Part shown: piece by piece, positions 23,810-35,091 of the stretch
Position numbering within the stretch: the stretch's first letter is position 1
Layout: every line of letters begins with the position of its first letter
NCBI RefSeq assembly: GCF_006345805.1
Contig: NW_021828047.1
Span: 1-35,091, forward strand
Reading direction: 5' to 3'
DNA length: 35,091 nucleotides
Source: Octopus sinensis
Lineage: Eukaryota
Translations under genes and position numbers: made by a program
Notes under the pieces: generated by a model
Seen by the model: only the letters and a program-made list of their open reading frames with translations
Databases searched by the model: none
What the model was told of the DNA's origin: nothing

Positions 23810-24778
23810 TTTTTTTTTTTTTTTAGAGGAGACATGGCAAAGAAGTAGGGAAATTTGTGATACTTATTGATTTCCAAGAATACCAAGACCAAAAACATTA
23901 TATCTTGAAAGGTGAAATAATGACGATTTATAAATGAAGACTACTTTTTTAAGGGAGGTAACTGTCGATTCATATGATCTCAACTGATCTCAAAGCCAAA
24001 TGTATTGTTTCTTTTGTGCATCTGCCACTGTTGTTCCTTATCTAGTATCCTGACTAATGCTTTGGATATAACTTCAAACTGCATCCGTTAGTGGAGCTCT
24101 GGTTCGGAAGTTCCATGGTTTTGAGGAATGCAGCATCACCTCTTAGTTACTATGGGTTCAAGGTCTACTCTGATCAAGAATATTAGCATCTGTTAGGGTC
24201 TCAGCTATGAGTTAATTAACTATTTTTAGGGCTTGCCTACCTAGGCATGTGAAGACTGAATCCGACGGACTAGGAGGAAAAGACTTTCGTGCATCAGTGG
24301 AGGGTAAGGCGACTGCAGCAATGCGTTTGGAAGTGCTGAGAGCAAGATAAGGCGAGTGAGACATCTTGGTCATCTCTTGCATTTTTTCCATCTCCAGTCG
24401 TCTTGACCTAGCCTTGTCACTGGATTGCTAGTGGTCAGGAATGAGAGACCGAAATCGACGGTGCACAAGACCACTGCGCAAGTCATCAGTCATCTTTTAG
24501 GGTGACCCTGATGGTCCTTATCGTTCAAACGAACGAACATGCTTCTTCCACAAGGGTTGGCGGCTTCCTCTGATTTCCTCGATTCCCCACATATCACGGT
24601 TTTAGAATGTTCTAAGACTTACTTTGCAGGGTGGTTGGTCTCACCTTCATATCCCTGCCATAACTGCACAGGACGAAATACATGCAGTTTTTGGTTATGA
24701 TTTCTTCTGATGTAGGTTTTGTTTGGAAGAGGCAACCGCGATAGGTAGACCTGCCTTAGGATAATGTATTTATGGTTT

Positions 24779-24845
24779 ATGCCTTCTACTATAGCTTCGG
24801 GTCGACCAAAGCCTTGTAAGTGGATTTAGTAGACAGAAACTGAAA
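24779..24845 (+). mobile_element. SINE family A internal fragment
   Basis: cttctactatagcttcgggtcgaccaaagccttgtaagtggattt matches other copies. Confidence 0.75.
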
Positions 24846-24881
24846 TTCTGATATCGTGCACCGCTTCTTAGCATAACACGA

Positions 24882-25080
<199 letters not shown>

Positions 25081-25097
25081 GTCTTTCTGTATATATA

Positions 25098-25940
25098 TAT
25101 ATATTATATGTAGAAAAATACAAACTGGGACAAGAACGTAAAACATTTAGAAGACGATACAAAAAACACGGACGGGACATTCGAAGCCTTCAATCTTCAG
25201 TCAAAAACCGGATCATCGTAGCGATTTCGGCTGATTAATCTTGAGATCGCCAGCCCCAAGGAAAAACTAAGCTACGAGCATTAGATTTCTTGGAAGAAGG
25301 ATCGAATGTATACGAAACAGGGACAGAAAAACGGACGATGCCACACGAATATAAAATACAAAAAACAATAATGGTAAAAACAGGACGAAAACAGCGGGTG
25401 TCTTACGACTAATAAACAGTACAAGTTTAGCTGGCGTATTTGGAAAAAATGCCTTTTCGGCAGACGAAGACAACGATCCCTTTCTTTTCTCTCTCTTCCC
25501 TCACGTGACTGCTGGTCAAATCAGCCCTTTGGCCTCCGACCACTGCCGTGAGAACATCGTTGTCTTCGTCTGCCGATAAAGCCATTTTTTCCAAATACGC
25601 CAGCTAAACTTGTACTGTTTATTATCGTAAGACACCCGCTGTTTTTGTCCTGTTTTTACCATTATTGTTTTTTGTATTTTATATTCGTGTGGCATCGTCG
25701 TTTTTTCTGTCCCTGTTTCGTATACATTCGATCCTTCTTCAAGAATCTAATGCTCGTAGCTTATTTTTCCTTGGGGCTGGCCGGATCGGAGCGATCTCAA
25801 GATTAATCAGCCGAAATTGCTAGGATGATCCGGTTCTTGACTGAAGATTGAAGCTTCGAATGTCCCGTCCGTGTTTTTGTATCGTCTTCTAATGTTTTAC
25901 GTTCTTGTCCCAGTTTGTATTTTTCTAAGTATAATATATA
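25098..25940. mobile_element. Long fold-back: about 380-bp inverted arms with a 78-bp spacer, PLE-like
   Basis: 25098-25477 is the reverse complement of 25556-25940, with scattered substitutions and indels; TA-flanked. Confidence 0.85.
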
Positions 25941-25973
25941 AGCGGCGTCCCGTACCCTCGTTGGCCTTATATC

Positions 25974-26006
<33 letters not shown>

Positions 26007-26104
26007 ATCCAACGGGAAACAAAAAAACAACACAATGAACAATTACGATTATTATTAATAGGCGCTCATGAAATGGAAGCTGATATATATATATATGATA
26101 TATA

Positions 26105-26266
26105 GTACGTTTAAATATTTGTTGTGCAAGATTGTTTATGTGAAGTCGTGTGTTGAAATTAAGATTAATTTAAAAATATAACACTGAAGCAAAATAACAC
26201 CAAATATATAGTGTGTGTGGGTTTTTATTTGCTAAACTGGCAATATGACCATTCCGAAATATAACA

Positions 26267-26313
<47 letters not shown>

Positions 26314-26409
26314 TTTGTGTGTGTGTATATATATGTATGTGTGTGTGTGTGTGTGTGTGTGAGTTTGTGTGTGTGTGTGAGTTTGTGTGTGTGTATATAT
26401 ATGTATGTA

Positions 26410-26445
<36 letters not shown>

Positions 26446-26725
26446 TTTGTGTGTGTGTATATATATGTATGTATGTGTATGTGTGTGTGTGTGTGGTGTG
26501 TGTGTGTGTGTGTGTGTGAGTTTGTGTGTGTGTATATATATATGTATGTATGTGTGTGTGTACACACACACATTTACAATTGTTCCGTGGAAGATGTTTG
26601 TAAACCATTTCAGAACACATGAACACCGTTAGTTTCACTTCGAAATTTAAATTTAATTCGTGTCAAAATATTTTCGTCGCTTTGAAACGCGACCTGTTCA
26701 CTGATAAAGCTTCGTGCTGCATCTT
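26105..26725 (-). mobile_element. Hammerhead-bearing element with internal microsatellite; boundaries approximate
   Basis: Complex sequence on both sides of a (TG)n/(TA)n tandem, containing the HHR at 26661-26706. Confidence 0.45.
26661..26706 (-). ncRNA. Minimal type I hammerhead with swapped G3:C8 pair
   Basis: UAUCA-GUGAACA-G-GUCGC(GUUUCAAA)GCGAC-GAA-AAUAUU-U/UGACA. Confidence 0.75.
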
Positions 26726-26743
26726 TCTCTCTCTATATATACA

Positions 26744-27967
26744 CGTGGTTTGATCAGTAAGTATCCGGACCTTGAACTCTGTTGTGCATACGCATTAAGT
26801 TTTAATGTTCGAGATCATTTCCACTGTTTACAACAGTGCTTGGAAGGAACGTGTGGTGTGTGATCGTTGCATTGACCACGACAGACAAAGTTGAAGAGAG
26901 AATCTGCATCAAATTTAACCAAAAGCTTGGCGATACCTGCTCAGAAGCCTACGCAATGATGCAGAAAGTGTATAGCGAGGAATGTATGAGCTGCACATAA
27001 GTGTACGCGTGTTTCAGACGTTTCCAAGATGGCTAAACAAATGTTGATATTGTGGAGCGTTCTGGGAGACCCGGAACCAGCAGAATTGAAAGAAAAACAT
27101 CGCAGATGTGCATGCAGCTGTGATGGGAAATCTTCGAATCATCATCGTGATTTATCAGAGGATGTGTAGATTAGTTACGGTTCAGTTCTGTTCATTACCA
27201 CTGAAGATTTGGGTATGAGACGCGTGTCTGCCAAGTTTATGCCAAACTGCTTTCAGCTGACCAAAAAGTCACTCGGGTTTCAGTTGCACAAGATCTCTTT
27301 GATTGTGTCGAGAACGATGAAAACGTTTTGAAAACGGTGATAACAGGTGATGAATCGTAGGTCTGTGGCTGTGATCCCGAAAGAAAGGCTCAGTCTTTAC
27401 AGGGGAGACCCCAATCTCTCCGAGACTGAAGGATGCACGAGTGAAGACAATGTGAAGACACTGTTGACTGTTTTCTTCGCAACAAGGGGATTGTTCATCA
27501 TGAGTATGGTCCACCTGGTCAGACTGTAAACAAGGAGTACTACCGTGACGTTTTGCTGCGTTTAAAGGATGCTATTCGTCGGAAAAGGCCGCAATTGCAG
27601 GCATCCGGTGAATGACAATTGCACCACGACAACGCGCCTGTCCATTCAGCACAGCCTGTGCAACAGTTTTTGGCTAGCCACAGCATTTGCCAGATCCGAC
27701 AGCCACCGTATTCCCGAGATCTCGCCCCTTGCTACTTTTTCCTCTTTCCAAAAATCAAATCTCGCTTGAAAACAAGAATGCAACGAGGCAGCTGCTGATT
27801 ATCTCAGAAAACGAGTTCCAGGAATGCTTCTATTAATGGAAAAAAGCATTGGATTAATTGTGTGGCTTTCGGAAAGGACTACTTTGAAGGAGATTAAATA
27901 CCAAATTGGTACGCGATGTAGCGATGTTTTTATACCAACAGTCCGGATACTTATTGATCAGACCTCG
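26744..27967 (+). mobile_element. mariner-family transposon, full span, decayed transposase
   Basis: TIRs cgtggtttgatcagtaagtatccggac / gtccggatacttattgatcagacctcg followed by TA. Peptide relics ITGDES, LHHDNAP and PYSRDLAPCYFFLFPKIK. Confidence 0.9.
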
Positions 27968-28015
27968 TATATAAGTATTTATATATGAATCGAGCAGCCA
28001 TTCATTTTGCTCAGT

Positions 28016-28072
<57 letters not shown>

Positions 28073-28599
28073 GACTAAGAGGTATATTTCAATTATAATA
28101 CGACTCCCGCCTCCCTTTAATCATCCAGTAGATCACAGTATCCTTTTATTTAACAACAACATTTGCTTCATAAGCAGAAGTTTATTTTCGTCTGGTTGAA
28201 GCATTAAACATTAATGAGAATTATATATCGTAAGGTAAGATGACAGAAACGGTTTAGAAGTATGTGCGTGTATATGCGCGTGCGTCTGTATGTATGTGTA
28301 TGTGTGTGCGTGCATGTGTGTGTGTGTATGTGTGTGTGCGTGCGGGTGCGCGCGCGAGTACGAATCAGGAAATTTGGAAGCGGAGGAATATCGCAGAATT
28401 TCTGTGTGTCTAAGTTAAGGCTAAACTGTCGGTAATATAATGCCAGATCATCTGGGAATGTTACTTATGGTTGACTGAAGACTTGTTCACCTTTTATCTA
28501 TTAAATGCACCGTATCTTTAAGTATCTTTACCTTCTAAATACATTTCCGGTACATGAGTATATAAATACATCAACGAAATCGGATATAAACACACACTC

Positions 28600-28615
28600 A
28601 CATATACACACACAC

Positions 28616-28653
<38 letters not shown>

Positions 28654-28853
28654 CATGCATGCATGCGTTCATACGTATATATATACATGCATACATGCTA
28701 CATACATATATACATACGTACATACAAGGAAGATATGAGCTACGTAGGAGACAAACCAAATAAATAATATATGAATATATGAAGTTTGGCAACTAAAACA
28801 CGTTGGTGGAAAAAAACAGAAATGAACGAAATAAGAATAGAATAATATATGTG

Positions 28854-28895
<42 letters not shown>

Positions 28896-29053
28896 TACAC
28901 AGACACTTACACCACACATACATACACATATATACATACATACATACGTATATATACATACACACACATACACAGACACTTACACCACACATACATACAT
29001 ACACATATATACATACAGACGTATATATACATACACACATATATACATATATT
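28600..29053. repeat. (TA)n/(TACA)n/(CA)n microsatellite block
   Basis: Directly visible. Confidence 0.9.
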
Positions 29054-29352
29054 TGAGGTCTGATCAATAAGTATCCGAACTGTTGCCATTGTAACAAAGC
29101 TAAAACACGCAGTGTGGAGCCTCTTGAAATAGATTAATCATGAATTCCGATACGCATGCGCACTAAGCCTTAGCGTTCTAGCTCACTTCCGTTGTTCACA
29201 GTAATGCTTAGAAGAAACGCGTGTAGTATGTGATTGTCGCATTGACCATGACAGAGAAAGCTGAGCATAGAATCTGCATGAAAGTTTGCCAGAATCTTGA
29301 CGATACCTGTTTCGAGATCTACGCAAAGTTTTTTAGAAAAGTCTGCATCGTT
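29054..29352 (+). mobile_element. mariner 5' fragment (TIR plus transposase start)
   Basis: TIR tgaggtctgatcaataagtatccgaac; atgacagagaaagctgagcatagaatctgc is homologous to about 26878 onward. Confidence 0.85.
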
Positions 29353-29424
29353 CTCAGTCAAATGACTGAAACATGGCCACAGTCAAATGACTGAAACATG
29401 TAAAAGAGTAGAGAGAGAGTAATT

Positions 29425-30391
29425 AAAGAGAGCTTGTGCAATTGATACCCCGAGTATCATTTTGGTCAGCTGAAAATCAGTTTTGGCATAAACTTGGCAG
29501 ACACGCGTCTCATACCCAAACCTTCAGCGATAATGGACTGAACTGAACCGTAACCGATCTGCACATCCTTTGATAACTGACGGATGGTGATTTGACGATT
29601 TTTCTTCACAGCTGCACACATATACTCTCTTTACTTGTTTCAGTCATTTGACTGCGGCCATGCTGGAGCATCACCTTTAGTCGAGCAAATCGACCCCGGG
29701 ACTTATTCTTTGTAAGCCCAGTACTTATTCTATCGGTCTCTTTTGCCGAACCGCTAAGTGACGGGGACGTAAACACACCAGCATCGGTTGTCAAGCAATG
29801 CTAGAGGGACAAACACAGACACACAAACATATACATACACATACATACATATATATACATATATACGACATGCTTCTTTCAGTTTCCGTCTACCAAATCC
29901 ACTCACAAGGCACTGGTTGGCCCGAGGCTATAGCAGAAGACACTTGCCCAAGATGCCACGCAGTGGAACTGAACCCAGAACCATGTGGTTGGTAGGCAAG
30001 CTACTTACCACACAGCCACTCCTGCAATTTTTTTCTCAGTCCTGCTGGTTTCAGGTCTCCCGGAACGTTCGTCACTGTTGACATTATTTTGGCCATCTTC
30101 GAAACATCTGAACCACACGTACACTCCTCTCCATACGCTCTTTGTAACTTTGCGTAGGCCTTTGAGCAGGTATCACCATGACAACTTTCTCTGTCATGGC
30201 CAATGCAACTATCATACAGTATACACGTTCTTTTCAAGCACTGTTGTAGATAGCGGAAGAGAACTAAAACGTTAAAACTTAATGCGCATGCACAGCAAAG
30301 TTCAAGGTCAATCTTTGCCAAGCGGCTTCGCGCTGTATGTTTCAGCTTCGTTATTATGGCAACAGTTCGGATACTTATTGACCAGACCTCA
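29425..30391 (-). mobile_element. mariner 5' half in opposite orientation, interrupted by a SINE
   Basis: TIR at 30365-30391 followed by TA; the reverse complement is homologous to about 26744-27300. Confidence 0.85.
29623..30025 (-). mobile_element. SINE family A, near full length, nested in mariner
   Basis: Aligns with 10253-10713. Confidence 0.9.
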
Positions 30392-30531
30392 TATGTATAT
30401 ATTTATATCTATACTCATGCATGCATAAAAATATACATAGAACCAGCCGCGTATTCAAACGCACACACAAGGACACAAACAATCACACGCAGAAATAGGT
30501 AAACGTTTTCTTTTGGGAACGGAGGTAGATA

Positions 30532-30930
30532 TCTTTATATATAAAAGTAAGGTTGTGTGTCTGTTGTCTCCTCCGATTTAGATTCCTAACTACTCCCACA
30601 TTTCGCGGTGCAGTTTAAACCAAAACCGGGTATATTATAGTCGTGATTCATATCGAGCCCTTCTGGTATTAGCGCGCGTCTACGATGAGTCTACGATTAA
30701 AAAAAAAAAATTTACCATCAATTTCCCATTTTTAATGCATTTTGGGCATATATAAGGGAAGTAACTATCTAAAAATTTATTATTAAATCTCAGAACGTAA
30801 AAAGCTACAGTAACACCCCCCCCCCTTTGTGGTTAGCCATATTGAGATGGCTATTATACTTTACATCTCTAAAAATGCTTATATAGTTATTTCCCTTACA
30901 AACCCGAGCAACGCCGGGCGATACTGCTAG
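30532..30930 (+). mobile_element. Non-autonomous Helitron with canonical ends
   Basis: A|TC start at 30532; hairpin cccg/cggg (30903-30918); CTAG|T end at 30930. Confidence 0.8.
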
Positions 30931-31619
30931 TACTTGATATATACGTGCAGTGCATGACACATATTTAATCATAACTCTCTATTTCCAGTTATCGTTTATT
31001 CAAATGATTGATGTCGGGAAGTAGCCTGATAATATATAAGCAAATATATTCATAGACACGTATATTCATAGACACATCGAAAAATGATCAGTGAAGAATG
31101 GGCATTCTATTAGTTACCGAAATATGGTCATTAAAAGTTTGCATCACATATTTATCAATTCAATTGACATGCTCCGAACTCGTAATAGTTTCATCTTTCT
31201 TTTACTTTCTTTTATTTATTTCAGTTATTGGACAGCGGCCATACTAGAGCACTAACTTAACGGGTTTTAGTCGAAGTGTTGTATTCATTCTGTCGCCGCC
31301 TCGGGGCAAAATAAATGTCTTTTCTTTTAACAAAGCAAAGAATTCACTAACATTGAAATTGCATTCGTCAATCCGGAAATATTTGGAAATCTTGAGAAAG
31401 AAGCAATAAGGAATGGCAATGAGAATCATACATTATAATACTTGTTTTTGTAATAATCCATATAGCAGAAAGAAATACAAAGATGGTTGAAAGAGAATTC
31501 GAAGTAGCATCGATGAATACCAAAATAGCAAAATAATGAATTATTTAAAAGGCATTGCACATGATTTATCAAAATAACTTAGATCTACGTTTTTTTTCAT
31601 CTATTGAGCTAATTTGATC

Positions 31620-32034
31620 TTTTATCATTTACTTGTCTCAGTCATTAGACTGGTGCCATGCTGGAGCACTGAATTGAAGAATTTTTAGTCGAATGTATCG
31701 ACTCCAGTACTTATTGTTTTTTACAGCCTGGTACTTATTTTATCGGTCTCTTTTGCTGAACCACTAAGTTATGGAGACATAAACAAACCAGCACCGGTTA
31801 TCAAGCGGTGGGGGCGGGGGCAAACACAAGCACAAAAACGCACAGACATACACACACACACACACACACACTGACGACGGGCTTCTTTCAGGTTCTGTCA
31901 ACCAAATCCAATCACAAAGTTTTGGTCGGCCCGAGGCTAAAGTAGAAGACATTTTCCCAAGGTACGACGCAGTAGGACTGAACCCCGAACCATGTAGTTT
32001 TGAAAGCGAGCTTCTTACCACACAACCACGCCTG
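31620..32034 (-). mobile_element. SINE family A, diverged subfamily
   Basis: Same head and tail with an extra internal segment; similar to 34152-34622. Confidence 0.85.
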
Positions 32035-32779
32035 ATATTAATAATTTTTGGTTGTGGAATTTCGTTGTTAATGAAATATGCCTTAGTTATCCTAAGTATT
32101 CTGCAAACAAATCTCTTAACAATAAGGCTTAACGCTGCGCTTAATCTAGGAATAAAAAAGAAACATGTCTGTTGTATTTTTTAACGATGTAATCACTTTG
32201 TAAGGAAATTATCAGGCGATAAAATTACAGGCTACGAATTTATCATATTGTAATTATCTGCGATGAAATTTACAGCAACCATTTATTTTCAATTACTTAC
32301 AATCGTCTGCTGCTTGAAGCCCACTGGATATGGCCGAGTTGTAAGTTTGAGAAGAAAAAGTCTCATCTCCTGTTATCCACCGATAATATGGGAGTGGTGA
32401 AGAGTAGGAAGACTTCAAGAACACGGGAAACAACAATAGAATTATAATAGTCACCATCAACAATGAATGACAACAAAGTTTCTCATTATTGAATATTTAC
32501 TTTCGTTGTTAATCAACGGGCGTAATTAGTTTAGCATACTGATAGGAGAAATAAACTTCTAATTATCATTTTGAAAGTGTGATGTTATCAGCTAAATTTT
32601 ATTCTGTAAGGGATATAGAATAGCAAATAGAAGGCTTAGCCGTCACTGAGGCCTCAGAACTAAACCAAGACTTAGTGTTTGGTATGTTTGGAGGTTATCA
32701 GTACGCAACATGAGTTACTGAAATATATAAATCTTAATTATTATCGCTATTACATAAATCATGATAATTAGGATGAAGG

Positions 32780-32975
32780 AGCGCAGAAATTGTAAAGTGA
32801 CATTTTACATTACAGATGGTAATTTGTTTATGTATCTTTCCATTCCGAGTTCTGGTCTTGTCGAGGTCAACTTTGCCTTTCAAGGGTTGATAAATAAACT
32901 CTAATTGTTGTGGTCCAAACAATCGACTATTCCCCTTTCTTAAATTTCATATCTTGTACTTAAAATAAGAAACAA
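32780..32975 (+). mobile_element. Highly decayed SINE family C
   Basis: gaggtcaactttgcctttc...gggttgataaataa core remnant. Confidence 0.5.
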
Positions 32976-32986
32976 CTACATAGGTA

Positions 32987-33290
32987 TTATTACCTCTGCC
33001 TTAGCGAAGGCGAAGATATTGTTTCCAGTCGTGTTTGTTTGTTTGTTTGTCCGTGGACATGATATCTCAAGAACTGCAGGATAGATTCGGATGAAACTTT
33101 CAGGGATGTTTGGCCTCGTGACTGGCACAAACTGATTCGATTTTGGGATCGATCCAACACCAGACGAGGAGTCTGGATTTTTTTCCTGTTTCTTTTACTT
33201 AATTTTTGAGAGCGGTCGGTTTCACGTAAGAGCAGTCGATTATTTCAGATATTCTCATTTTAAAAATAATCTCTGTTTTATTTTATAATA
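32987..33290 (+). mobile_element. Helentron-associated (HINE/DINE-1-like) element; 3' boundary uncertain
   Basis: ttattacctctgcc start, then (TTTG)n, then ggatagattcggatgaaactttcagg; this layout is typical of HINEs (from recall). Confidence 0.6.
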
Positions 33291-33475
33291 AAGGTAGTAG
33301 ATTAAAGTGTAATAAAGGTAGTAATAAAGGATTAAAAGCCTTGTGGAGTTTAATGAAATGGACATATGCACGTTTGCCTTAGAAATATAAGGTCCCAAGT
33401 TTAGTAACTGTAATTTTACTCAACTGAGACTTCGGAGTTAACACCCTTCGTGCTTTGATCAGATTGAAACATCGA

Positions 33476-33636
33476 GCTGGGAGTGGCTGTGTGGTAAGTA
33501 GCTTGCTTACCAACCACATGGTTCCGGGTTCAGTCCCACTGCGTGGCACCTTAGGCAAGTGTCTTCTACTATAGCCTCGGGCCGACCAAAGCCTTGTGAG
33601 TGGATTTGGTAGACGGAAACTGAAAGAAACCCGTCG

Positions 33637-33672
<36 letters not shown>

Positions 33673-33878
33673 TTGTGTGCCTGTATTTGTCCCCCTCCCC
33701 AACATCGCTTGAAACCGATGGTGGTGTGTTTACGTCCCCGTAACTTAGTGGTTCAGCAAAAGAGACCGATAGAATAAGTACTAGGCTTACAAAGAATATG
33801 TCCTGGGATCGATTTGCTCGACTAAAGGCGGTGCTCCAGCATGGCCACAGTCACATGACTGAAACAAGTAAAAGAGTT
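33476..33878 (+). mobile_element. Full-length SINE family A
   Basis: Head, internal (TA)n and tail all present. Confidence 0.9.
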
Positions 33879-34151
33879 ACAGAAGCAAAATAGAATATTG
33901 ATTAATTAAACATTCGTAGTTCACTACATGAAATATTTTAGCATTGAATGAATTAAGATTTAATAATTTGTTTTAAATCATTATAGGAAAATAAATTGAG
34001 ATAAAATGGTGGAAGACAATTGAAATAAAATGGTGGAAAATAAATTGAGATACAATGGTGGAAAAGTCCAGAGTAGAAAAATATAACCAACAGCACGTGT
34101 GTAGTTACATGGCTATGCATGTATATATATCTTGTATTCCTTATGTTGATC

Positions 34152-34393
34152 TTTTATCTTTTATTTATATCAGTCATTTGACTGCGGCCATGTTGGGGCA
34201 ATGCATTAAAGAATATTTAGAGGAATGTATCAACCCCAGTACTTTATTTTTTTTTTAAAGCCTGGTACTTATTCTATCGGAATTTTTTGCCGAACCGCTA
34301 TGTTACGAGGACGTAAGCACACCAATACCAGTTTTCAGGCGGTGACAAGGAGCAAAAGAACAGACAGAGACACACACACATACACGCACGCAT

Positions 34394-34451
<58 letters not shown>

Positions 34452-34622
34452 ACACACGGCAAGCTCCTTCCAGTTTCCGTCTACCAAATCCACAAGGCTT
34501 TGGTCAGCCGGAGGATATATGTAGTAGAAAACACTTACTTGCCCACATTTCCACGCAGTGGGACTGAACCCGGGAGTATGTGACTGGTAAGCAAGCTCCG
34601 TACCACACATACAGCCACGCCT
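34152..34622 (-). mobile_element. SINE family A, diverged subfamily
   Basis: Head, internal (CA)n and tail present. Confidence 0.85.
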
Positions 34623-34856
34623 ACGTCTGAAATTTCTCGAGGAAAAAGTATAATCGATTACAGTTGACCCGATCGAATTGAGTATAGAGAAAGAACATTA
34701 GTGAATCAAGATCAGATTGCACACCTTGTTGTCATTATCCAGCGATGTGATGACATTTATGCAGCTTTTATAACACTGCAAGATAATAAAAGTCTCGTGA
34801 TTTACACTCACCTATCCTTGATATGCTGAGTTTTAAGTAATTGGTATACACGCATA

Positions 34857-35091
34857 AGGCGGCGAGCTGGCAGAAACGTTAGCACGTCGGGCGAAATGCT
34901 TAGCGGTATTTCGTCTGCGTTACGTTGTGAGTTCGAATTCCGCCGAAGTCGACTTTGCCTTTCATCCTTTCGGGGTCGATAAATTAAGTACCAGTTACGC
35001 ACTGGGGTCGATGTAATCACTTAATACCTATGTCTGTCCTTGTTTGTCCGCTCTGTGTTAGCCCTTGTGGTAATAAGAAATAGGTATTTCG
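34857..35091 (+). mobile_element. SINE family C with LINE-like 3' tail
   Basis: Head aggcggcgagctggcagaa, B-box-like gagttcgaattcc, core as at 20911, tail gttagcccttgtggtaataagaaata. Confidence 0.85.

Noticed and set aside
23830-24780. Possible decayed RTE 5' region or endonuclease on the minus strand (WNFRT, QDTR)
   Set aside because: Similarity is too weak and interrupted by stops; needs a tBLASTn/HMM search.
25835-25870. CUGAAGA-UU-GAA(G)GCUUC-GAA-UGUC in both fold-back arms as a hammerhead
   Set aside because: No GAAA/stem III and no stem I pairing.
32290-32350. Possible micro-exon (AG...GTAAGT)
   Set aside because: Weak polypyrimidine tract and no coding evidence; needs RNA-seq.
33421-33475. 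Minus-strand CUGAUCA...CUCC-GAA-GUC motif
   Set aside because: Stems do not pair consistently; chance-level.

Overview
Eukaryotic, AT-rich, repeat-saturated window with no recognisable host exon, tRNA gene, rRNA or CRISPR array. It is intronic or intergenic; the SINE families look like those I recall from octopus (inference, not searched). Contents are many microsatellites, three tRNA-derived SINE families, a decayed Tc1, mariner relics, a hAT-type MITE, non-autonomous Helitron-like elements, and decayed LINEs (RTE, L1/Tx1-type RT, R4/Dong 3' end). There is also a TSD-flanked 1.9-kb retroelement that encodes only an ORF1-like (RRM-like + CCHC) protein. The main signal is at least eight minimal type I hammerhead ribozyme (HHR) motifs with short or palindromic stem III. 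They sit in about six families of small non-coding elements arranged as partial tandem and/or inverted repeats next to (TA)n tracts, an architecture typical of Penelope-like element (PLE) pseudo-LTRs and non-LTR retrozymes. The catalytic cores vary: one canonical CUGAUGA, one G3:C8-swapped GUGAACA, two U3 copies, two A6U copies, and two decayed copies. All structures were folded by eye; none is tested.
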